Source of the DNA: Candidatus Methylomirabilia bacterium
Lineage (GTDB): Bacteria; Methylomirabilota; Methylomirabilia; Rokubacteriales; CSP1-6
Direction: 5' to 3'
Length of the DNA: 14,160 bases
NCBI GenBank assembly: GCA_041496385.1
Contig: JBGQEL010000114.1
Coordinates: 1 to 14,160 of the forward strand
Positions 7,667-14,160 of this stretch are shown one piece after another (positions within the stretch are counted from its first letter, which is position 1; each line of letters opens with the position of its first letter). The notes under the pieces were generated by a model. That model was not told the origin of the DNA and did not search any database. It saw only the letters and a program-made list of their open reading frames with translations. A program made the position numbers and the translations under genes.

Positions 7667-8692
7667 ATGCTGCTCACCACGATCGCGGGGAGCCTGCCCA
7701 AGCCGTCCTGGCTCGCGCGGCCGGAGACGCTGTGGGCGCCGTGGAGTCTGTCGGGCGCGGCGCTCGAGGACGCCAAGCGCGACGCGGTGTACCTCGCCCT
7801 CAAGGAGCAGGAGGACGCGGGGATCGACGTCGTGACCGACGGCGAGCAATCGCGCCAGCACTTCGTCCACGGCTTCCTCGAGGGGATCGAGGGCGTGGAC
7901 TTCTCGCGGCGGGTGACGATCGGCATTCGCGCCGACCGGTACAGGGCCGAGGTGCCGACCGTGACCGGGGCGCTACGGCGCATGGGCTCGATCCACGGCG
8001 ACGAGGTGCGCTTCGCCCGCGCCCACACGACCCGGCGACTGAAGTTCACGATCCCGGGGCCGATGACGATCGTGGACACTCTCGCCGACGAGCACTACCG
8101 CGACCGGCGACGCCTGGCCCTCGAGTTCGCGCGCGTGATCAACGAGGAGGCGCGGGAGCTTGCCGCGCTCGGGCTCGACGTGCTCCAGCTCGACGAGCCG
8201 GCCTTCAACGTCTACATGGACGACGTCGCGGCGTGGGGCATCGAGGCGCTTCACCGCGCGGTCGAGGGGCTCGGCTGCCGGACGGCGGTGCACATCTGCT
8301 ACGGCTACGGCATCAAGGCCAACACCGACTGGAAGGCGACGCTCGGCGGGGAGTGGCGCCAGTACGAGAAGACGTTCCCGCTGCTCGCCGCCAGCCGGAT
8401 CGACCAGGTGTCGCTCGAGTGCGCGGGCTCGCGCGTGCCGCTCGAGCTGCTCGGTCTCCTGCGCGGCAAGGACGTGCTCGTCGGGGCGATCGACGTCGCG
8501 ACGGCCTCGATCGAGACGCCCGAGCAGGTGGCGGCGACGATCCGCAAGGCGCTCGCGTTCGTGCCGCCCGAGCGGCTCCATCCCTGCACCAACTGCGGCA
8601 TGGTGCCGCTCGCTCGCGACGTCGCGCGCCAGAAACTCCATGCGCTGGCCGCCGGGGCCGCGCTCGTGCGCAAGGAGATCGGCGCCGCCTGA
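7667..8692 (+). CDS. mesD: Cobalamin-independent 'core' methionine synthase (MetE C-terminal-domain only), MesD-like
   Basis: 341 aa single barrel: TTIAGSLPKPSWLA, DVVTDGEQSRQHF, PGPMTIVDT, QLDEPAFNV, Zn ligands in HICYGYGIKANTDWK, SLEC and PCTNCG. The HICYGYGIKANTDWK..LG.EWRQYE signature matches my recollection of the MesD family. The N-terminal barrel of full MetE is absent. The symbol denotes family; activity is unproven. Confidence 0.85.
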   Translation: MLLTTIAGSLPKPSWLARPETLWAPWSLSGAALEDAKRDAVYLALKEQEDAGIDVVTDGEQSRQHFVHGFLEGIEGVDFSRRVTIGIRADRYRAEVPTVTGALRRMGSIHGDEVRFARAHTTRRLKFTIPGPMTIVDTLADEHYRDRRRLALEFARVINEEARELAALGLDVLQLDEPAFNVYMDDVAAWGIEALHRAVEGLGCRTAVHICYGYGIKANTDWKATLGGEWRQYEKTFPLLAASRIDQVSLECAGSRVPLELLGLLRGKDVLVGAIDVATASIETPEQVAATIRKALAFVPPERLHPCTNCGMVPLARDVARQKLHALAAGAALVRKEIGAA

Positions 8693-8710
8693 GCGCGGAC
8701 GCGGGGATGC

Positions 8711-8738
8711 CGGTGCCGACGGCACCGTGTGATATTCT
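8711..8738 (+). promoter_or_regulatory. Perfect inverted repeat CGGTGCC-GAC-GGCACCG (8711-8727) abutting an extended -10 TGATATTCT (8730-8738); operator and/or terminator plus ABC-operon promoter
   Basis: 7-bp perfect dyad 18 nt after the upstream stop. TGn-TATTCT lies about 57 nt upstream of ATG8796. Confidence 0.5.
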
Positions 8739-8795
8739 CGGCTCCGGATGCGCCGCGGAGCTCGCGGTGTGGAACCCTCAAGGAGGAGGCCCATC

Positions 8796-10211
8796 ATGGA
8801 AACTCGCCGGCAGTTCATCCTGAAAGGCGCGAAGGTCGCCGTAGCAGGCGCCGTGGCGACGGCGACGGGCCCGACGATTCTCGTGAAAGACGCCCGCGCG
8901 GCGGGCCAGCTGAAGATACTCCAGTGGAGCCATTTCGTTCCCGCGTACGACAAGTGGTTCGACCCCTGGGCGAAGGAGTGGGGCGCCAAGCGGGGTGTCG
9001 ACGTCACCGTGGACCACGTCGGCTTCGCCGACGTCGTGCCCCGGGCAACCGCCGAGGTGGCCGCCCAGTCGGGTCACGACGTCCACATGTTCCTCGGGCT
9101 CGCGAGCGCCTTCGAGGAGCACGTCATCGACCTGAGCGACGTGGTCTCCACGCTGGAGAAGAAGTACGGCAAGTCGGTCGAGCTCGCGCGGCGCAGCACC
9201 TACAACCCGACCACGAAGAAGCAGTTCGCGCTCTCGGACATGTGGGTCCCCGATCCGGGCAACTACCACAAGAAGGTGTGGACCCAGATCGAGATTCCCA
9301 ACGGCCCGGTGACGTACGAGGACCTCGTCAAGGCCGCGCCGCTGATCAAGAAGGTCGCGCCGCAGATGCAGATCCCGATCGGGATCGGCCTCTCGCAGGA
9401 CATCGACTCGAACATGGCCGTGCGCAACATCCTCTGGTGCCACGGCGGCTCCATCCAGGACAAGGACGGCAACGTCGTCCTGAACGCGCCGGAGACCCTG
9501 ACCGCGCTCGAGTACGCGAAGCGGCTCTACTCCGTCGGCATGACGCAGGCGGTCCTGAGCTGGAACGCGGCCTCCAACAACCAGGCGTTCAACGCGCAGG
9601 AGACCGCGTACATCCTGAACTCGATCTCCGCGTACCGCACCGCCCAGGACAACAAGCTGCCGGTCCTCGAGCACTACTTCTTCACCCCGGCGCTCAAGGG
9701 CCCGACGGGCATCATGCTCGCCTCCGAGCACGTGATGAGCGGCTACGTCGTGTGGAAGTTCTCGAAGGTCCAGGATGTCGCCAAGGAGTTCCTCGTCGCC
9801 CTGGTCGACGCTTCGCGCGACTCGATGCTGGCGAGCAAGCTCTACAACTTCCCGTCCTTCTACGGGGCGGCGGCCGATCCCGGCACGGCGATGGCGAAGA
9901 AGGCCGAGAGCGGGGCCGCCTGGATCGCCAAGCAATGCAACAACGACCCGTTCGGCTCGATGCCGGCCGACAAGCTGGGGCTGCTCGCCAAGTCCGTGCC
10001 GTGGTCGACGAACCTCGGCTATCCCGGGTACGGCAATCCGGCCGAGGGCGAGATCTTCGACACGTACGTCCTCACCGACATGTTCGCGAAGGCAGCCACG
10101 GGCGCGCTCTCCCCGAAGGATTCGATGCTGGAGGCGAGCACACGCGCGAAGGAGATCTTCAACAAGTGGCGTAAGAAGGGAATGGTGCCGGGCGGCTCGA
10201 AGGACCGATAG
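8796..10211 (+). CDS. ABC transporter extracellular solute-binding protein (family 1/CUT1-type), Tat-exported
   Basis: Strong RBS AAGGAGGAGG (8780-8789) before ATG8796. Twin-arginine signal ETRRQFILK, hydrophobic core and ARA-A cleavage site. Mature N-terminus LKILQWSHFVPAYDKWF. Followed by two permeases. Confidence 0.88.
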   Translation: METRRQFILKGAKVAVAGAVATATGPTILVKDARAAGQLKILQWSHFVPAYDKWFDPWAKEWGAKRGVDVTVDHVGFADVVPRATAEVAAQSGHDVHMFLGLASAFEEHVIDLSDVVSTLEKKYGKSVELARRSTYNPTTKKQFALSDMWVPDPGNYHKKVWTQIEIPNGPVTYEDLVKAAPLIKKVAPQMQIPIGIGLSQDIDSNMAVRNILWCHGGSIQDKDGNVVLNAPETLTALEYAKRLYSVGMTQAVLSWNAASNNQAFNAQETAYILNSISAYRTAQDNKLPVLEHYFFTPALKGPTGIMLASEHVMSGYVVWKFSKVQDVAKEFLVALVDASRDSMLASKLYNFPSFYGAAADPGTAMAKKAESGAAWIAKQCNNDPFGSMPADKLGLLAKSVPWSTNLGYPGYGNPAEGEIFDTYVLTDMFAKAATGALSPKDSMLEASTRAKEIFNKWRKKGMVPGGSKDR

Positions 10212-10226
10212 CCGCTCAGGCCGGGA

Positions 10227-10279
10227 TCGACACGGGCCGGCGGCGGGGAGCCGCGATCCCCCCGCCGGTCTGCTGTCGA
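10227..10279 (+). other. Long intergenic stem-loop between the binding-protein gene and the first permease
   Basis: TCGACA/TGTCGA, CGGGCCGGCGG/CCGCCGGTCTG (with G-U pairs) and GGGGA/TCCCC stems around a GCCGCGA loop: 22 paired positions with two single-C bulges and no U-tract. Confidence 0.7.
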
Positions 10280-10288
10280 CCACGCACG

Positions 10289-11203
10289 ATGACGAGCACG
10301 AAAGCGAAACCCCTCGAGGGCCTGCGCCGCTCCGATCGGACCCTCGGGATGGTCATGCTGGCGCCGGCGCTGACCTACATCACGTTGCTGGTGGCGCTGC
10401 CGTTTCTGCTGGCGCTCTTCCTGAGCCTCACCAACTCCTCGGCCGGCAGCCTCGACTTCAGCTTCGTGGGCCTCGAGAATTTCCGCAACGTCATCGGCAA
10501 CCCGGTGTTCCGGCGCTCGCTCCGCAACACGTTCGTCTTCACGCTGGTCTCGCAGGTGAGCGTGATCGTCCTCGGGAACATCCTCGCGCGGGCTCTGATG
10601 AAGAAGTTCCGGGGCAAGACGGTTGCGCGCTTCCTCATCCTGATGCCCTGGGCGGCGCCCATCTCGCTCGCGACGCTCGGATGGCTGTGGATCTTCGACT
10701 CCACCTTCAGCGTGATCAACTGGCTGCTGAAGGTCATCGGAGTCCTGGGGCCGGGGCAGTGGTACTACTGGCTCGGTGACCCGACGCTCGCGATGGTCGC
10801 GATCATCACCGTCCACGTGTGGCGCATGCTGCCGTTCTCGACCGTCATCCTGCTCGCCGGGCTCACCTCGATTCCCGCCGAGGTGCACGAGGCGGCCGAC
10901 ATCGACGGCGCGGGGCCCATCGCCAAGGCCTTCCAGGTCACGCTGCCGATGATGCTGCCGATCCTGACCGTCGCGCTGCTGTTCGGCGTGGTCTTCACGT
11001 TCACCGACATGAGCGTCGTCTACCTGCTGACGCGCGGCGGCCCGTTCAACTCGACGCACGTGCTGGCGAGCCTGGCCTTCCAGGACGGCGTCCTCGGGGG
11101 CGACGTGGGGCGGGGGGCCGCCGTCGCGATCTTCCTGCTGCCGGTCCTGCTCGTGCTGGCGGTGGTCATGCTGCGCTCGTCGCGGCGCGCCGAGGTGCAA
11201 TAG
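10289..11203 (+). CDS. Carbohydrate-type ABC transporter permease (MalF/UgpA-like)
   Basis: MLAPAL, FVGLENF, LILMPWA, EAA loop LAGLTSIPAEVHEAADIDGAG, LTRGGP; multiple hydrophobic helices. Confidence 0.92.
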   Translation: MTSTKAKPLEGLRRSDRTLGMVMLAPALTYITLLVALPFLLALFLSLTNSSAGSLDFSFVGLENFRNVIGNPVFRRSLRNTFVFTLVSQVSVIVLGNILARALMKKFRGKTVARFLILMPWAAPISLATLGWLWIFDSTFSVINWLLKVIGVLGPGQWYYWLGDPTLAMVAIITVHVWRMLPFSTVILLAGLTSIPAEVHEAADIDGAGPIAKAFQVTLPMMLPILTVALLFGVVFTFTDMSVVYLLTRGGPFNSTHVLASLAFQDGVLGGDVGRGAAVAIFLLPVLLVLAVVMLRSSRRAEVQ

Positions 11204-11204
11204 C

Positions 11205-12065
11205 GTGCGGCGCTCGCCCCTCTCCCGCGTCCTGGCGACGGTCGTCCACCGCGTGATCATCCTCGGCTTCGTGCTGTTCGCCGTCTTTCCCTTCTACTGG
11301 ATGGCCGTGACGACCTTCAAGCAGAACAGCGACCTCTACGTCGGCGCGACGAACACGGCGCACAACCCGTTCATCTTCAACGAGCCCCCGACGCTCGACC
11401 ACCTGCGCATCCTGTTCGGCCAGACGCTCTACCCGACGTGGCTCTTCAACACGCTCTACATCGGCGTCATCGTCGTCTCCATCACGCTCCTCCTGGCCGT
11501 GCCCGCGGGCTACAGCCTGGCGCGGCTCACCGGGCGGTGGGGCGAGCGGCTGAGCATCGGGATCTTCCTGACCTACCTGGTGCCGTCGACACTCCTGTTC
11601 ATCCCGTTCTCGCGGCTCGTCGCGCTCCTCGGGCTCCAGAACACCACGTGGTCGCTGGTGCTCATCTACCCGACGTTCACCGTGCCGTTCTGCACGTGGC
11701 TGCTGATGGGCTTCTTCAAGTCGCTGCCCAAGGAGGTCGAGGAGTCGGCGATGGTGGACGGCTGCAGCCGGGCCGGCGCGATCTGGCGGATGGTGCTCCC
11801 ACTCTCGATTCCCGGCATCCTGACGGTCGTGATCTTCGCGCTCACGCTCGTCATCCAGGAATTCGTCTACAGCCTCACCTTCATCTCCTCGGTGCAGAGG
11901 ATGACCGTGAGCGTCGGTGTGCCGGTGGCGCTCGTCCGGGGCGACGTGTACTACTGGGGCTCGCTGATGGCCGCGTGCATCATCACGAGCGTGCCGATCG
12001 CCATCGTTTACAACATCTTCCTCGACCGGTTCATCGCGGGCTTCACCGTCGGCGCGATCAAGTAG
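11205..12065 (+). CDS. Carbohydrate-type ABC transporter permease (MalG/UgpE-like)
   Basis: FPFYWM, PAGYSLAR, EAA loop FFKSLPKEVEESAMVDGCSR, WGSLMAA, FIAGFTVGAIK. GTG start 1 nt after the previous stop. Confidence 0.92.
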   Translation: MRRSPLSRVLATVVHRVIILGFVLFAVFPFYWMAVTTFKQNSDLYVGATNTAHNPFIFNEPPTLDHLRILFGQTLYPTWLFNTLYIGVIVVSITLLLAVPAGYSLARLTGRWGERLSIGIFLTYLVPSTLLFIPFSRLVALLGLQNTTWSLVLIYPTFTVPFCTWLLMGFFKSLPKEVEESAMVDGCSRAGAIWRMVLPLSIPGILTVVIFALTLVIQEFVYSLTFISSVQRMTVSVGVPVALVRGDVYYWGSLMAACIITSVPIAIVYNIFLDRFIAGFTVGAIK

Positions 12066-12081
12066 GCGCCCGCGGGGGCTG

Positions 12082-12090
12082 TGCTATCCT
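12082..12090 (+). promoter_or_regulatory. Putative extended -10 promoter element (TGCTATCCT) for the MaoC-MaoC-ilvD unit
   Basis: TGn-TATCCT in the 37-nt intergenic gap, 12 nt before ATG12103; no Shine-Dalgarno. Confidence 0.55.
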
Positions 12091-12102
12091 GAGCGCCACC
12101 GT

Positions 12103-12552
12103 ATGACCGACCTGCGGCGGTACTTCGACGACATCGATCCCGGCGAGGAGTACGAATCGCCGGGCCGCACGGTCACCGAGACCGACATCGTCATCTTCGC
12201 GGGGCTCTCGGGCGACTACAACGTCCTCCACACCGACGCCGAGTTTATGAAGCAGTCCATCTTCGGCGAGCGGATCGCCCACGGCCTGCTGGGGCTCGCG
12301 ATCCAGGCGGGCCTCTTCACGCGGGCGACGCAGGCGTACGCGACGCTCGCCTTCGTTGGGCTCCGCTGGAAGTTCAAGGGGCCGATCAAGATCGGCGACA
12401 CGATCCGGCTCCGCGCGAAGGTGACCGCCAAGAAGGAGACCGGCAAGCCCGACCGAGGCCTCATCACCGTCGAGCGCACCGTGCTCAACCAGCGGGACGA
12501 GGTCGTCCAGGAGGGCGAGACGGATCTCCTGGTGGAGCGGCGGCCGCGATGA
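12103..12552 (+). CDS. MaoC-family (hot-dog fold) R-specific acyl-CoA dehydratase/hydratase
   Basis: YFDDIDPGEEYESPGRTVTETDIVIFAGLSGDYNVLHTDAEF...GERIAHGLL with an intact D-x4-H catalytic motif; FKGPIKIGDTI; NQRDEVVQEG. Confidence 0.9.
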   Translation: MTDLRRYFDDIDPGEEYESPGRTVTETDIVIFAGLSGDYNVLHTDAEFMKQSIFGERIAHGLLGLAIQAGLFTRATQAYATLAFVGLRWKFKGPIKIGDTIRLRAKVTAKKETGKPDRGLITVERTVLNQRDEVVQEGETDLLVERRPR

Positions 12553-12968
12553 GGCCCGCCGTGGCGTACTTCGAGGACCTCGCGCTGCAGTCGGCCCACG
12601 AGACGCCGGGACTGACTCTCACGGAAGCGCACGTGGGGATCTACCTCGGGCTGACGCGCGAGCCCGCCACCAACCCCGCGCTCGTCCCCGACCTCCTGCC
12701 GCTCTGCTTCACCCCGGGGCTGGGCTGGCGGGCGCCGACGCCGCCGCTCGCCGTGGTGGCCTTCATGGGCCTCGACTGGCAGGTGCTGCGCGAGGTGCGG
12801 GTCGGCGACACCGTCCACAGCCGCGCCCGCATCGTGACGAAGCGGCCCATGCGCGAGGCCGGCGTGATCGTGGAGGAGCGCGAGATCATCGACCAGCGCG
12901 GCGACGTCGTCCAGCGCGGTCGCTTCACCTATCTGGTCGCGAAGCGCGCAAAGGAGACCCGAGCATGA
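12549..12968 (+). CDS. Second MaoC-like hot-dog protein, catalytically degenerate
   Basis: Collinear with the upstream protein (YFEDL...TPGLTLTEAHV; VRVGDTV; DQRGDVVQRG) but lacks the GDxNxxH segment. ATGA overlaps at both ends. Confidence 0.75.
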   Translation: MRPAVAYFEDLALQSAHETPGLTLTEAHVGIYLGLTREPATNPALVPDLLPLCFTPGLGWRAPTPPLAVVAFMGLDWQVLREVRVGDTVHSRARIVTKRPMREAGVIVEEREIIDQRGDVVQRGRFTYLVAKRAKETRA

Positions 12969-14160
12969 CGTTCGATCCCCGGCACCAGAGTCGCGTGCTG
13001 CTCGACGGCCCCGACCGCGCGGCGGCGCGCTCCTACTTCAAGGCGATCGGCTTCACCGACGAGGACCTGCGGCGCCCGCTCGTGGGCGTGGCGCACTGCT
13101 GGATCGAGATCACGCCCTGCAACTGGAACCACCGCAAGCTCGCCGAGAAGGTGAAGGAGGGCATCCGCGCCGCCGGCGGGACGCCGATCGAGTTCAACAC
13201 GATCTCGATCACCGACGGGATCGCGATGGGCACCGAGGGCATGAAGGCCTCGCTCATCAGCCGCGAGGTCATCGCCGACTCGGTCGAGCTGGTGGTGCGA
13301 GGGCATCTCCTCGACGGCTTCGTCGGCATCTCGGGCTGCGACAAGACGATCCCGGCGATGGTCATGGCCATGGCGCGCCTGGACGTGCCGAGCCTCATGC
13401 TCTACGGCGGCTCGATCCTCTACGGCGAGCACAGGGGCAAGCGCCTGACCATCCAGGACGTCTTCGAGGCGATCGGCGCCTTCAACGCTGGCCGGATCGA
13501 CGCGCGCGAGCTGAACGAGGTCGAGAGCCGCGCCTGCCCGGGCGCCGGCGCCTGCGGCGGGCAGTTCACGGCGAACACGATGGCGACCGCCTTCGAGATC
13601 CTCGGGGTCTCGCCGATGGGGTTCAACGGCGTGCCCGCGGTCGATCCGCGCAAGGAAGAAGTCGCGTTCGAGACCGGCAAGCTCGCGATGGAGCTGCTGC
13701 GCAACGGCGTCCGGCCGCGCCGGATCATCACCAAGAAAGCGCTCGAGAATGCGATCGCCGGCGTCATGGCGACGGGCGGCTCGACGAACGCCGTGCTGCA
13801 CCTCCTGGCGGTGGCGCGCGAGGCGGGCGTCAAGCTGACGATCGACGAATTCGACAAGATCTCGCGGAAGACGCCGCTGCTGGCGGACCTCAAGCCGTGG
13901 GGCACCTACACGGCGCCCGAGATGTACGAGGCGGGCGGCATGGCCGTCGTCGCCAAGCGGCTCCTCGAGGCCGGGCTCCTGCACGAGAAGGAGATGACGG
14001 TCACCGGGAAGACGATCGGCGACGAGGCGCGCGCGGCGCGCGAGACGCCCGGTCAGAAGGTCGTGCGCCCGCTGTCGAACCCGCTCAAGGGGTACGGCGG
14101 CCTCGTCATCCTGCGCGGCAACCTCGCGCCGGAGGGCTGCGTGGCGAAGGTTTCGGGGCA
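12965..14160 (+). CDS. ilvD: Dihydroxy-acid dehydratase (3'-truncated by the window; not in the supplied ORF track)
   Basis: Manual translation: MTFDPRHQSRVLLDGPDRAAARSYFKAIG...ITPCNWNH...TDGIAMGTEGMKASLISREVIADS...GCDKTIP...CPGAGACGGQFTANTM...GGSTNAVLHL...LRGNLAPEGCVAK. RBS AAGGAG at 12951-12956 and ATGA overlap with the upstream gene. Confidence 0.95.
   Translation, partial: MTFDPRHQSRVLLDGPDRAAARSYFKAIGFTDEDLRRPLVGVAHCWIEITPCNWNHRKLAEKVKEGIRAAGGTPIEFNTISITDGIAMGTEGMKASLISREVIADSVELVVRGHLLDGFVGISGCDKTIPAMVMAMARLDVPSLMLYGGSILYGEHRGKRLTIQDVFEAIGAFNAGRIDARELNEVESRACPGAGACGGQFTANTMATAFEILGVSPMGFNGVPAVDPRKEEVAFETGKLAMELLRNGVRPRRIITKKALENAIAGVMATGGSTNAVLHLLAVAREAGVKLTIDEFDKISRKTPLLADLKPWGTYTAPEMYEAGGMAVVAKRLLEAGLLHEKEMTVTGKTIGDEARAARETPGQKVVRPLSNPLKGYGGLVILRGNLAPEGCVAKVSG

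Noticed and set aside
5426..10283. Alternative-frame and antisense ORFs over mqnC, mqnE, the mesD-like gene and the SBP (e.g. 5426-6421, 6210-7298, 7615-8823, 8729-10174, 8778-10283)
   Set aside because: Each overlaps a motif-supported gene and has GC-shadow composition.
12929..13984. 351-aa minus-strand ORF and nested ORFs
   Set aside because: Antisense to the clearly recognisable ilvD on the + strand.
1..14160. CRISPR array, tRNA/rRNA, IS/integrase, prophage or defence genes
   Set aside because: No regularly spaced direct repeats, no RNA-gene signatures and no transposase/integrase motifs; intergenic gaps are all under 200 nt and composition looks uniform.

Overview
High-GC bacterial chromosomal window, densely coding, with no mobile element, CRISPR or RNA gene evident. 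Left to right: 3' end of a PHP-family metallo-phosphoesterase; a large soluble hybrid histidine kinase (4xGAF-2xPAS-HisKA-HATPase-REC); futalosine-pathway menaquinone genes mqnD (+) converging on mqnE-mqnC (-); a divergent short cobalamin-independent 'core' methionine synthase (MesD-like, apparently leaderless, no mesX partner beside it); a CUT1-type ABC importer (Tat-exported binding protein plus two permeases, no ATPase); and a translationally coupled MaoC-MaoC-ilvD unit that runs off the right edge. ilvD is missing from the supplied ORF track. A recurring TGnTAnnn(T/C) extended -10 element precedes most transcription units. The best leads are the orphan leaderless MesD-like enzyme beside the futalosine radical-SAM genes and the active/degenerate MaoC pair coupled to ilvD. 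All calls come from motif recognition by eye, not database searches.
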